From Candidatus Krumholzibacteriota bacterium (GTDB lineage Bacteria; Krumholzibacteriota; Krumholzibacteriia; JAJRXK01): a stretch of DNA of 64,000 bases. Both the position numbers and the translations under genes were made by a program. Below are positions 12,920 through 22,701 of the stretch, piece by piece (position 1 is the stretch's first letter; each line of letters begins with the position of its first letter). The notes under the pieces were generated by a model. The model had not been told where the DNA came from. It saw only the letters and a program-made list of their open reading frames with translations, and ran no database searches. The DNA lies in NCBI GenBank assembly GCA_963806035.1, contig CAWDWO010000033.1:1-64000 (forward strand), given 5' to 3'.

Positions 12920-13996
12920 CTAGTGAGCCTTCGCGTGCTCCCCGTGGGGAAGCATGAGCGCGATGTACACCGTGGACAAAAGCGAAAACACCAGGGCCTG
13001 GATGAGCCCCAGCAGCATCGACAAGAAGTAGAAGGGAAGGTTCAAAGGTAATCCAATGGGCGAGTGGAAGGCGGACAGTGCCACCACTCCCAAGAGCGCG
13101 AAGACGGCGAGCAACATGTCTTCACCAAAGATGTTGCCGAAAAGACGAAGGCTCAAACTCACCGGCTTGACGAATTCTCCGAAGAGTTCCAACGTGAAGA
13201 GCAGGGGCGAAAGGCACCAGCTCACCACGTCCTTGGGAGAACCCGCCAGGTGATAGAGATAACCTCCGATGCCCTGGCGCTTGATGCCCGTGTACTGCAC
13301 GTAGACGAACACGACCAGTGCGATGCTGATGTTGTTGAGGAAGGTCGAAGTCGGCGACTTTCCCAGAGGAATCAGCACGAAGTAGTTCATCGCCGCGACG
13401 TAGACGAAAATGGTGGCGATGAAGGGCGTGAAGTGGCGTCCGTACGTCGGGCCCATCATGTTGGAGGCCAGGCCCTCCAACCACTCCACGATCATCTCCG
13501 CGAAGGCCTGAAGCCTTCCGGGCACGATGGAGCGATTCTTGTAGATCCGTAGCGCAACGAGGCAGAGAAAGAGTCCGGCCAGGATGGCGAAGAAAGCGTT
13601 CTCGAAGATTTCGACGTAGCGGTAGGCCAGCGAGTCGGGCTTCAACACGAAAGCCTTGAGCAGCATCGTGAGGTTGGGAAGCTCCAGGTGCTGACCGTGG
13701 TGTTCGGCGCCTCCGTGCTCCTCGCCGTGCTCCAGGAACTCGGGTTCCAGCGCGTTCTCTTGCTGAGAGTGTTCTTGGTGTTCGGCGGAAGGGTCAGCGT
13801 GGGAAGTGGCTGGCTCGGCCTGGGAGTTGGCTTGCTCCTCGGACGTCGCGTCGTGCTGCGCGACCACCAAACGTGCCCCATCGTGCGGGCTGCCCGTCGC
13901 CACCGCGCAGGGGGGAAGCAAGACGAGCATCGCGAAGGCCAAGAGAAGGCTCACGGCTGCGTACGGGCTCAGCTGGTGGGGAGTTCTGCGAGTCAC
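12920..13996 (-). CDS. atpB: ATP synthase Fo subunit a with N-terminal signal-like and His/Glu-rich extension
   Basis: KPVSLSLRLFGNIFG, IQALVFSLL. GTG at 13996 overlaps the atpI stop (TAGTG); start is inferred. Confidence 0.93.
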   Translation of the reverse strand: MTRRTPHQLSPYAAVSLLLAFAMLVLLPPCAVATGSPHDGARLVVAQHDATSEEQANSQAEPATSHADPSAEHQEHSQQENALEPEFLEHGEEHGGAEHHGQHLELPNLTMLLKAFVLKPDSLAYRYVEIFENAFFAILAGLFLCLVALRIYKNRSIVPGRLQAFAEMIVEWLEGLASNMMGPTYGRHFTPFIATIFVYVAAMNYFVLIPLGKSPTSTFLNNISIALVVFVYVQYTGIKRQGIGGYLYHLAGSPKDVVSWCLSPLLFTLELFGEFVKPVSLSLRLFGNIFGEDMLLAVFALLGVVALSAFHSPIGLPLNLPFYFLSMLLGLIQALVFSLLSTVYIALMLPHGEHAKAH

Positions 13997-14460
13997 TACG
14001 TGCCATTCCGGCCGCCGAGGCGGCCCTTTTCGTTTTCTCTGGAATCGGGCGTTCCATCCTGACTGCGCAACGCCGCGCGCGGCGCGAGCACCTGTCCTGC
14101 TGCCTTGAGCGCCATGACCATCATCGGGACGCTCAAGCCGATCAGGATCGATACGATGGGAAAGCCACCCTTGACCACCACGAGGCCGCCGATTCCGTAC
14201 AGAAGCGGCAGCTTGATCAGCATCGCCCCGGCGATTGCTCCCGTCTGCCGGCCCGAGGGCCGCAGCGAGAGACGGATCAAATGCTCGAGCGCCTTCAGAT
14301 TGAGTGCGCTCCACGCCCCCGCGACCGCGAAGCCCGCGCCCCAGCGCCAGCCGAGGTAGTAGGCTCCGAAAAGCCCCCCGAGCCCGCTCAGAAGCAGACT
14401 CGCCACCCCAACTCGTTTGAGGAAGCCCTCATCCAGCCGTGGATTCGTAGCTGCCATCAT
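13996..14460 (-). CDS. atpI: ATP synthase protein I (membrane)
   Basis: Four hydrophobic segments, LIKLPLLYG motif, position upstream of atpB. Confidence 0.75.
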   Translation of the reverse strand: MMAATNPRLDEGFLKRVGVASLLLSGLGGLFGAYYLGWRWGAGFAVAGAWSALNLKALEHLIRLSLRPSGRQTGAIAGAMLIKLPLLYGIGGLVVVKGGFPIVSILIGLSVPMMVMALKAAGQVLAPRAALRSQDGTPDSRENEKGRLGGRNGT

Positions 14461-14585
14461 CGGGACGCGCGTCCGCCCAAATCCCGGGGATACCTCCGGG
14501 GCGATTTCCGCCTCAATCGCTCCTGGACAGAAAGCAAGCGGCCCGAAAGGGTCGCCTGTCCTCCCCCGTCCTAGAACGGGCACCA

Positions 14586-14613
14586 AGTATAAGTTCTCAG
14601 AACAGATCGTCAA
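14586..14613 (-). promoter_or_regulatory. Sigma70-type promoter upstream of atpI
   Basis: Minus strand TTGACG-N16-TATACT. Confidence 0.6.
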
Positions 14614-14632
14614 GCCGCCGCGCGCGCGGGGC

Positions 14633-14890
14633 TCAATTCTCGTCTTCCGGCGGCTCTTCGGCCCTCTGAAGGACCACGATGACCTGCCGGAAGGCGGCGA
14701 CCATGCCCAGGACGGCACCCCCGGCGGAAAGCCAGGGGTCATGGCCCCATTTCTTCTCGAGCCAGGAACCCAGCAGCCAGCCCAGGACCGGGCCGACCAC
14801 CATCATGGTGGGAATCGTGGTGTACAGGCCCAGTTTCCGCATGGAATCGGAGGATAGCTTGGCGGAATCGATGCGGCGCGGCAGCTTCAT
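14633..14890 (-). CDS. AtpZ/AtpI-family small membrane protein
   Basis: MVVGPVLGWLLGSWLEKKWGHDPWL...GMVAAF. Two TM helices, at the head of the atp operon. Confidence 0.8.
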   Translation of the reverse strand: MKLPRRIDSAKLSSDSMRKLGLYTTIPTMMVVGPVLGWLLGSWLEKKWGHDPWLSAGGAVLGMVAAFRQVIVVLQRAEEPPEDEN

Positions 14891-14949
14891 GGGCTCTTTC
14901 CTGCGGCCCGAGAGCTCTCCCCCGCCTGCTTTGGACCGAGGGGGTGGGG

Positions 14950-15023
14950 TGGTTGCCCGGGGAGGATTCGAACCTCCGTAGCTGGATTCAAAGTCCAGAG
15001 TCCTGCCATTGGACGACCGGGCA
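14950..15023 (-). tRNA. tRNA-Gln (TTG)
   Basis: TGCCCGG acceptor stem pairing CCGGGCA, anticodon arm CTGGA-CTTTGAA-TCCAG, GTTCGAATC T-loop, encoded CCA. Confidence 0.95.
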
Positions 15024-15353
15024 ACGCGTGCTCAGTGCCAGATTCGGAAACCTATATATACCATAGCCATGATGAGCGCGATAAGGATGGCATCGAAGAT
15101 CAAAGTCGTCCACATGGCTCGGGGGTTGTGCGCGCGGCGCTTTTTTTCCCAGCGGCGCGCGAATCGGTAGCGATGCTCGCTTTCTTCCAGTTCCTTCTTC
15201 GGCATGGCGCTTCCCGTCCCCGTAGACCAATATGGAGGCTAAGCCAGAGCATCCGGGGGCGCCAGTGGCCTCCCGGCCCATTCATTCGCAAGCTCTGCGG
15301 GAAAGGCAGTCCCGAGCAGTGCAATGTGACTTCGTCCTCAGCCCGGATTCAAG

Positions 15354-16124
15354 ATGAGACACATCGACCGATTGATCCAGGAAGATCCCAAACTCCGCCA
15401 AACCGACTATCAGAGGCTCGTCCAGAAGGCCAAGCAGGATCCGCGCGCCCACTGGGCCGAGCTGGTGAGGGTCAGCGCGCCCGTCGTCTATACCATGGCC
15501 GAACGGCTGGGAGCACACCTTCCCGAAGGAGGATCGGTCACGGAGGAAGTCACGCGTCAGGTCTTCGAGCGCATCGCCGACGACGATTTCGCGATCGTGC
15601 GCAATTACGTGGGCTTTGGCAAGTGGACCAGCTTGCTGCTCCGCCTGACCCAGGAGTCTCCACTTTTGGCGCAACGGCGCCAGGATCGTGAATGGCCCCA
15701 GCTCGTCGAGGAAGGCCCGGTCCAGGTCATTCTCGATGACCGCGAGGGAAGCATCCCCGAACTCTTGCCCAAGCTGCGAGATCTCTGCGACCAGGAGGGC
15801 GAGCGTTTTCTTCAGGCCCTGCGGAAAGCACTGCGAACCTTTCACCGTCGTGATCGATTGCTCTTGGGAATGCGCTACGAGCAGGGTCTCAGCCTGAAAG
15901 AACTCGACATGATCTTCCGCCTGGGAACCCCGGAGCGGGTAGCCTCCCTGCTGGCGCGCTTGCGCGATTCACTCCAGCCCTTCACCGCGGTTCGCGAAGC
16001 ATGGGAGATTCCGGGCGAGCAAGAAGAGGCTCTGCTGCGCTACACCCTGGGCCAGCTCTTTCGCGCCCGTTCGCTGGCCACCCACGAGCATGCCCCGCAG
16101 GCACCTGCGGTGCCGACCCACTGA
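15354..16124 (+). CDS. Divergent ECF-type sigma factor-like protein
   Basis: Region-2-like (HWAELV...VYTMA...EEVTRQVFERI) and region-4-like (DRLLLGMRYEQGLSLKEL...LARLRDSL) segments. Confidence 0.65.
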   Translation: MRHIDRLIQEDPKLRQTDYQRLVQKAKQDPRAHWAELVRVSAPVVYTMAERLGAHLPEGGSVTEEVTRQVFERIADDDFAIVRNYVGFGKWTSLLLRLTQESPLLAQRRQDREWPQLVEEGPVQVILDDREGSIPELLPKLRDLCDQEGERFLQALRKALRTFHRRDRLLLGMRYEQGLSLKELDMIFRLGTPERVASLLARLRDSLQPFTAVREAWEIPGEQEEALLRYTLGQLFRARSLATHEHAPQAPAVPTH

Positions 16125-16136
16125 GGAGGAAGCACG

Positions 16137-16565
16137 ATGGCAGCACCGAAACAATGGGGCTTCACCCGCGGCATGCAGATTCCCAACGAGATCCTGGTGA
16201 GCTGGGCGGATGGCGACTTGACGGCGCAGGTGGCCAAGGAAGTGGACGAGACCCTGCTCATGGATCGCGAGCAGCGGCGCATGGTCGCCGCTTTCGCGCG
16301 CGCCAGCGCCGACAGCGTTGGAGAGGAAATCACGGCCTGGCACGGCAAACGGCCGGGCAAGCGCGCCTTGCACCTCTCCCACCCCCGGCCGGGACTCGTG
16401 GATACCATCATCGACGAGTTCGGCCATCATCCCGGCGATTGGGAGAGTGGACACTTCAGCCCTCCGAATGCGAGTTCGGGCCTCTCCGCCAAGGCCGTGG
16501 CCGCGACCATCTCGGTCTTGGCACTGGCCGCTGTGGTGATCCTCTGGATGATCCGCAATCTCTGA
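16137..16565 (+). CDS. Putative anti-sigma factor (membrane-anchored)
   Basis: EILVSWADGDLTAQ...EVDETL anti-sigma-like N-terminus, C-terminal TM helix, GAGGAG RBS, directly after the sigma factor. Confidence 0.55.
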   Translation: MAAPKQWGFTRGMQIPNEILVSWADGDLTAQVAKEVDETLLMDREQRRMVAAFARASADSVGEEITAWHGKRPGKRALHLSHPRPGLVDTIIDEFGHHPGDWESGHFSPPNASSGLSAKAVAATISVLALAAVVILWMIRNL

Positions 16566-16583
16566 GGATCCCGGGCAGGTCCC

Positions 16584-16613
16584 TTGACACCCCGTGAAGC
16601 CGGGGCGTACACT
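16584..16613 (+). promoter_or_regulatory. Sigma70-type promoter for the secreted protein cluster
   Basis: TTGACA-N18-TACACT. Confidence 0.55.
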
Positions 16614-16840
16614 CGTTTTTCGCGACCTCATGGGTCCTCGCGCCTGAAGGCGGACGCTCCCGCAGATCCATCGAGTTTTGCGAATTGGCTCCCGAGAGTT
16701 CTCGCCCGGTGCCCAGGTACGAGAACTTCCAGAGACAGCTGGGCCGAACATCAGAGAGCGCGGGCCTCGCCGATATGCCCTGTGCTCTTCAGGCTGGGAG
16801 TCGAATCTTGCCCCCGCAGAATTTCGCGCGCCGTTTTGTC

Positions 16841-17641
16841 GTGCAGTTCCTCGTCTTTGCCCTTTGGTTGCTGGCAAGCGCCGGCGTCTGCGCGGCCGGG
16901 GTCGAGCTCTCGCTGCTCCCCGCCGAATCCACCGTCGCGCCCGGCGACAGCTTCTGGATCGAACTCACGATTCCTGCCGCCGCCGACTCCTTCAACGGCT
17001 ATGACGCGGTCATCGGCTATGACCCCACTGCGCTGAGCTTCCTGCAGCAGAGCAATCTCACCCTGCAGGAGGGGCCGCTCATGGTGGATGCCTGTCCCTC
17101 GCTGCGCTTCCACCGCTTTTCCATCGCCGCCGATTCCACCTCCGTCAGCATCAGTCACGTCCTTTTGTGCGCGGGGGTGAAGGTCGCGGGCCCTGGCGTC
17201 ATTTACCGCCTACAGTTCACCGCCAAGAACACACTCGCCACCACCTGGATACGCGTGCTGGACGGCACGCATTTTTATGACGGGGGCCTCTATGTGCAGC
17301 CGCTGCTCTCGCACGACGCGCAAATCCACATCGGGAATGGCACGGACGCGCCGCCCGTGCGCCGGGGGGAACTGCGCCTGAAGGCGGCGCCCAACCCCTT
17401 CAATCCCCGCACCACGCTCTCCTTCACCCTTCCCAGTTCCGGATGGGCCCGGCTGAGGATTTACGGCCCGAACGGAAGACTCCTGCGCAATCTGGCCCAG
17501 GGCTACTGGCCGAAGGGCAATCGCAGTGTGGAGTGGGATGGCAAGGACGACCAGGGGAGGACCGTGGCTTCCGGCGCCTATACCGCTCTCTTGACCCACG
17601 CAACGGGGTCGGTTTCTACCGGGCTCGTGCTGCTGAAGTAA
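16841..17641 (+). CDS. Secreted cohesin-domain protein with FlgD-Ig/T9SS-like C-terminal domain
   Basis: Signal peptide, cohesin-like VAPGDSF...IGYDPTAL...GPGVIYRLQF, and C-terminal PNPFNPRT...WDGKDDQG..ASGAY. Start uncertain; ORF open from 16685. Confidence 0.75.
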   Translation: MQFLVFALWLLASAGVCAAGVELSLLPAESTVAPGDSFWIELTIPAAADSFNGYDAVIGYDPTALSFLQQSNLTLQEGPLMVDACPSLRFHRFSIAADSTSVSISHVLLCAGVKVAGPGVIYRLQFTAKNTLATTWIRVLDGTHFYDGGLYVQPLLSHDAQIHIGNGTDAPPVRRGELRLKAAPNPFNPRTTLSFTLPSSGWARLRIYGPNGRLLRNLAQGYWPKGNRSVEWDGKDDQGRTVASGAYTALLTHATGSVSTGLVLLK

Positions 17642-17735
17642 CGAAAGGAGGCCATCACCACAACTCTCGCATCCATCCGGCTCCCACCCTAGTCACGTCC
17701 CCTCGTTTCGGGGAATTTCCGGAAGGAAGAACGAG

Positions 17736-20700
17736 ATGAACAGATTGCAATGCTCAGTTGCCGCGTTCGCGTTGGTGATGCTCGCCTTCGCGCCGATGGC
17801 TCAGGCAGCAACCCACCCCTTGGTTTTCGGTGCGGGATACGCATCAGGATCCAACGCGACGAGTACCACCGCACAAGCCTTCACTGGAACGGGATCTTTC
17901 TTCAAAGACGTTCCCGTCACTCCCGTGGTGGAAATGTACATCGACCCCATCACTCAATTCGGCGGTACCTTCAACCTCAGCGACATCGCCGCCATTCGCT
18001 ATCACACCCTCAACGACGGTACGAACCCCAGTGGCGTCGACTTCTTCTTGAAGATCTACACGCAGCCCTATAGCGGGGGAGACGCAGCCTGGTACGGCAA
18101 TCGTCTCAATGCCGAGCCGCTATACTCCAATAGTTATGCGCCGGTCGCGAACTCCTGGGTGGAGTGGACGACCGATGCCGGAGCGAATCAACTCACTTTC
18201 TGTGATGCCAACCATGGTCCCATAGGTTTCTATGGCGCCCCTACTCTGGCCGACCTGAAGGCGGGCCCGATCACCTGGCAGAGCTGGACTGCCACGGGCG
18301 ATGCCACCCCAATCGACTATGCGAACCAGCCCGTGCTCTATCTCGTCTTGGGGACGGGGAGCGGCTGGTCATCCTTCACCGGTTATCTCGACGCTATCGA
18401 GATCGAACTCACTTCGGGAGAGGTCTACCAGATCGACCTCGAAGATGCGGTGGATGAGGTCTGGGTGGACGACGATTACGCAGGTGCGGGCGTAGGAACC
18501 GAGGTCGCTCCCGGTCTGTTCATGGGCCACAATGCCTTTGATACGATCCAAGATGGTGTCAACGGGGTGAGCGGCAGCACGGTGCACGTGGCGGCCGGGA
18601 CCTACGAAGAACAGGTGGAGATCAACGAGGATCTGCACCTGCTCGGCGACGGCATGGGATCCACCATTATCCAATCGCCCACCTCTTTGCCGCTCTATTT
18701 CACCACCTCCGCCAACAATCACCCCATCATCTACGTTCATGACGCCGACAACGTGGACATCCACGATCTCACGGTGGACGGTCTGGGTCGCGGCAATGCG
18801 AATGCCCGCTTCATTGGCATCGCCTATCGTGAGGCCGGCGGCGGCGTCTACGACTGCGAGATCAAAGACGTTCGCAACGATCCCCTGGATGGCAGCCAAC
18901 ACGGTAACGCGTTCTACCTGTACAACGACGATACGGTGACGCGCAGCATCGACGTCCAGGGATGTCAGGTCTACGGCTTCCAGAAGAACGGCATCACCGT
19001 GAACGCGGGTTCCGGGACCTCGGTCGTGGCCGATATTTCGGGCAATACCGTGACCGGTGCTACCGGCTTGACCGCCGACAACGGTGATCCGGCCCAGAAC
19101 GGGATCCAGCTCTGGGGCGATACCATCACTGGTGCGGTGAACAACAACACCATTCACTCGATCGCCTACGACAACACCAACAACCCCACGAAATACGTGG
19201 CCTCCTCGGTCCTCGACTACTACAGCCAAGCTGACGTCACGAACAACGTGATCGACGGGACCCACGTCGGGATCTACGGCTACGGCAGCCAGGGTACGTT
19301 TAGCGGCAACGACATGGTGATCGAGAAAATTGGTGTCGCTGCCTGGGGTATCATCGCCACTGATCCACCGCGAGCCGTGATCAGCCCCTTCGACGCTCCC
19401 AGCAGCGTATCGGCGAAGACCCAAGGCTCATCCAAGATGGCGCCTCTGGGCGTCATCGTCGACGGCAACACGGTAGCGTTCAGCGGGATGGACAATACCG
19501 CGACCTACGGGATCGAGGGCGACGACGGCGTCACTGCGGACGACATCAACCTCATCATCACAAACAACACGGTCACCGGCTTCGAGGCCGGGGTCGACAT
19601 TTACCAGTGCCAGAGTGGCTGTAACACTGGCGTCTTCACCAACGTCGCCGTCAACGGCAACAGCTTCTCGGGCAACACCTACGGCCTGCGCAGCAACGTG
19701 AATTATCTTACCGTCGACGGCAGCTGCAACTGGTGGGGAGACGCCAGCGGACCCGCCGCCACTTCTCCCCTGAACACTGGAACCGGCGACGCGGTCGAGG
19801 GCGACGTCACCTACTGGCCATGGCTCGACGGCGACATCACGGGCACGCCCAGTTGTAGCGTGTACCCCAACATGATCGCGGTCGAACCCCCGGCCGGAGT
19901 GGAGATCACGCCCTGTGATCCCTGTCTCACCGTTCCGGTGGTTCTCCACCGCGGCGACACCACGCCGATCCGCGGCTTCAGCATCACCTTCGAACTCAGT
20001 TCGGAGCTGCAGCTTTGCGGCAGCGAAATCGTCCCCGCCTACGGAGCGGGAAGCTGGGTGGATGGATTCGGCAGCGGCGACGTGCAGGACTTCGTTCTGG
20101 ACAACGGGGACGGTACCTACACCGTCGATCGTTCCATTTTGGGAAGTGCCTGCGGCTCGACCCTGGACGGAACCGCGTTTACGGTCGACGTAGCTTCCAC
20201 TTTGGGAAGTGGCAGCGGCACCGGAACCATCACCATCCTCAACGTGATCATGCGTGACTGTGCCAATGCTCCCGTTCTGGCGGGAGGCGCGGGCGCCGCC
20301 ACGGTCGACATCGACGCCACCGCGCCCGATGCGGTCACCAGCCTGAGCGCGTCACAGGTGAAGACCGGCAACGGTACGAACGGCACCACGAAGATCCACC
20401 TCGCCTGGACCGGTCCCACCGATCCGGATGCAGCCACCATCACCCTGTATCGTAAGGGCTTCGGAGATTATCCCGAGTACGACGACGACGCGGGGCGTGG
20501 CGCCGAGCACTCCGGCCGACCCGTCGGCCGCCGCGGGCGACGGTTGGGGCATTGCGGCGACTCTGCCCGCCACCGCCACCAGCTACGACGACGAACCCAC
20601 CGCGCGGGACTTCTGGTACTACGTGGCTTTCGTCGACGACGGCTGTAACGTGAGTCCGGTCTCCAATCAGACCGACGGAACCCTCAACTATCACCTCGGT

Positions 20701-21636
20701 GACATTGCCGATGGAAGCACCCCGGGAGCCGGAGACAATTCGGTCGCCACGCTCGACATTTCCGCGCTGGGCGACGGCTACGGCACGAGCGACGGGGACA
20801 CCTACTACAAGAACTGGCTCGACGTGGGACCGACCACCGACTACAGCGTCGATGCTCTGCCCACCACGGACAACGAGATCCAGTTCGAGGATCTCATGAT
20901 GTTCGCCATCAACTACGGACAGGTGAGCAAGGGGACTCCGGCCCTCGCGCCGGCGGCCCTCAACGAGATCACCCTGAAGACCGTTCCTTTCGGTGAAGAT
21001 GGAGTCTCGGTGGAGATCCACATGGCCGGCGACGGAACCCTGCAGGGCGTCCACGTGCCATTGCAGTGGAACGCGAACGCGCTGCGGCCGGTCGCGATGC
21101 ACGAAGGCTCGCTCATGTCCAAGCAGGGCCGCACCGCCATGGTGCTTTCCGCCAAGCCGGGAGAGGTCGATGCGGCCGTCTTCGGCAAGGGCGCGGGCAT
21201 CTCGGGTGAGGCTCTCTTGGCCGTCATCGACTTCCGTCGCATCGGCGATGGCGAGCCCGGGATCACTCCCGGTGAGATCGTCGCCCGCGACGGGCTCAAT
21301 CAGGAGCAAGCCATCAACGGGACGCTCGTCAGTGGCAGCGCGAACACGGCTCTTCCCAGCCGCACCGTGCTCAACGCGAACTACCCGAATCCCTTCAACC
21401 CCAAGACCACGCTGAGCTTCACTCTGGCCAAGGCCGGCCACGTGAGCTTGCGGATCTACTCGATCGGCGGACGCAGTGTGGCCACGCTCGCGAGCGAGGA
21501 CATGAGCGTCGGTCCGCACGAGATTCAGTGGACGGGGAAGGACGACCACGGCAAGTCCGTGAGCTCGGGGACCTATCTGGTACGATTGGTCGCCCCGGAC
21601 GTCTCGACCAGTCAACGGATCACACTCTTGAAGTAA
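17736..21636 (+). CDS. Large secreted multidomain protein (beta-helix, cohesin-like, dockerin-like, FlgD-Ig CTD); 1-nt frameshift near 20492
   Basis: Signal peptide, TIQDGVN...VHVAAGTYEEQV beta-helix start and NWWG motif. ORFs 17736-20648 and 20428-21636 join as DDDAGVAPSTP if one G is removed from the G run at 20492-20495. C-terminal YPNPFNP. Confidence 0.8.
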
Positions 21637-21647
21637 GTTTGCTCACA

Positions 21648-21676
21648 GGGGGGACCCGCCATGCGCGGGTTCCCCC
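21648..21676 (+). terminator. GC-rich stem-loop between secreted genes
   Basis: GGGGGACCCGC...GCGGGTTCCCC inverted repeat. No U-tract, so it may be a stabilising or processing hairpin. Confidence 0.35.
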
Positions 21677-21697
21677 GCCCCCCCGAGGAGTTTCGGT

Positions 21698-22675
21698 ATG
21701 CGACCTGTCGCGAACTCGGATTTGAAGTGGCTTCTCTTGGTTCTCCTCGCGGGCTGCCTATTCGGGTGGACCTCGCCCGCGTCAGCCCAGGTACCCCTGG
21801 GGCCGCATCCCGCAGTGGACCGCTTCTACTGCGAGGAGATCCTGGAGGTCTCTTTCGATGTCGGTGCGGTCAACGACCTGCGTGGAATGACTCTGGATCT
21901 GGGATTCGATCCCGCGGTCATCTCTCCTCTCGCCGTGCTTGCCGGGGACTTCGTGAACGCGGGGGCCTGCGGTTCCTTCGTGCAGTGGTTGAACCAAACC
22001 CCCGGAGAGAACCATCTTTCGATCGACCTGGCCATGCTGGGCTGCTCGCTCGATGGAAGCGGCGAACTCTTGAAAATCCAATTCGTCGGGGTGGCCAATG
22101 GCACGAGTCCGCTCACGGTGAATTCGGTCGAATTGCGCGACGGTCTCAATCACGTCATTTCCTCCCTTCCCGTGAACTCCGAGGTCGAGTATCGCTGTCC
22201 GCGTCCGGGGATGCTGAGCTTTCTTCCCGACGACGGCAGCTTCAGCTGCGGAGAGACGCTCGCGGTGGATGTAAACATCGACGATGCGACCCTCGATCTG
22301 CACGGCTTCTCCGTGGAATTCTCCTTCGACAACACGGTGGTGCATCCCATCTCCGTGAGTGCGGGCCCGCTGGTGAGTGGCGCCGCCTGCCCCTACTACC
22401 TGAACTGGCTCAACCCGGGGCCCTCGCCCTCAACGATCGCGGTGGACGTCGCCAACCTCGGCTGCGCCATCGACGGTCCGGGAACCATCTTGCATTTGGT
22501 TTTCGAGGGAGTCCTTCAGGGAATCAGTCCGCTGGACTGTGTGTCGCTGATCTTTCGCGACAGCCAGAACCATCCCATCGCCATGGAATGCTCGCCGGCA
22601 ACTCTGGAATACCGCTGTCCGGTGGCAGACGAAGAGACGGGATGGGGAGCGTGGAAGGCACGCTACGGGAAGTGA
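21698..22675 (+). CDS. Secreted tandem-cohesin protein with C-terminal WG tail
   Basis: Signal peptide and two ~140-aa internal repeats, each ending EYRCP. Ends VADEETGWGAWKARYGK. Confidence 0.75.
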   Translation: MRPVANSDLKWLLLVLLAGCLFGWTSPASAQVPLGPHPAVDRFYCEEILEVSFDVGAVNDLRGMTLDLGFDPAVISPLAVLAGDFVNAGACGSFVQWLNQTPGENHLSIDLAMLGCSLDGSGELLKIQFVGVANGTSPLTVNSVELRDGLNHVISSLPVNSEVEYRCPRPGMLSFLPDDGSFSCGETLAVDVNIDDATLDLHGFSVEFSFDNTVVHPISVSAGPLVSGAACPYYLNWLNPGPSPSTIAVDVANLGCAIDGPGTILHLVFEGVLQGISPLDCVSLIFRDSQNHPIAMECSPATLEYRCPVADEETGWGAWKARYGK

Positions 22676-22701
22676 ATCGACGGCGATGCACCGGCTCGCG
22701 T

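Noticed and set aside
14950..15100. tRNA-Gln or tRNA-His as an integration site of a genomic island
   Set aside because: No integrase or transposase, and no duplicated tRNA 3' end seen in the window.
20480..20500. Programmed frameshift or phase variation in the large secreted gene (also 28110, 59555)
   Set aside because: The runs are only 3-4 nt with no slippery heptamer, and similar indels hit housekeeping genes, so sequencing error is more parsimonious.
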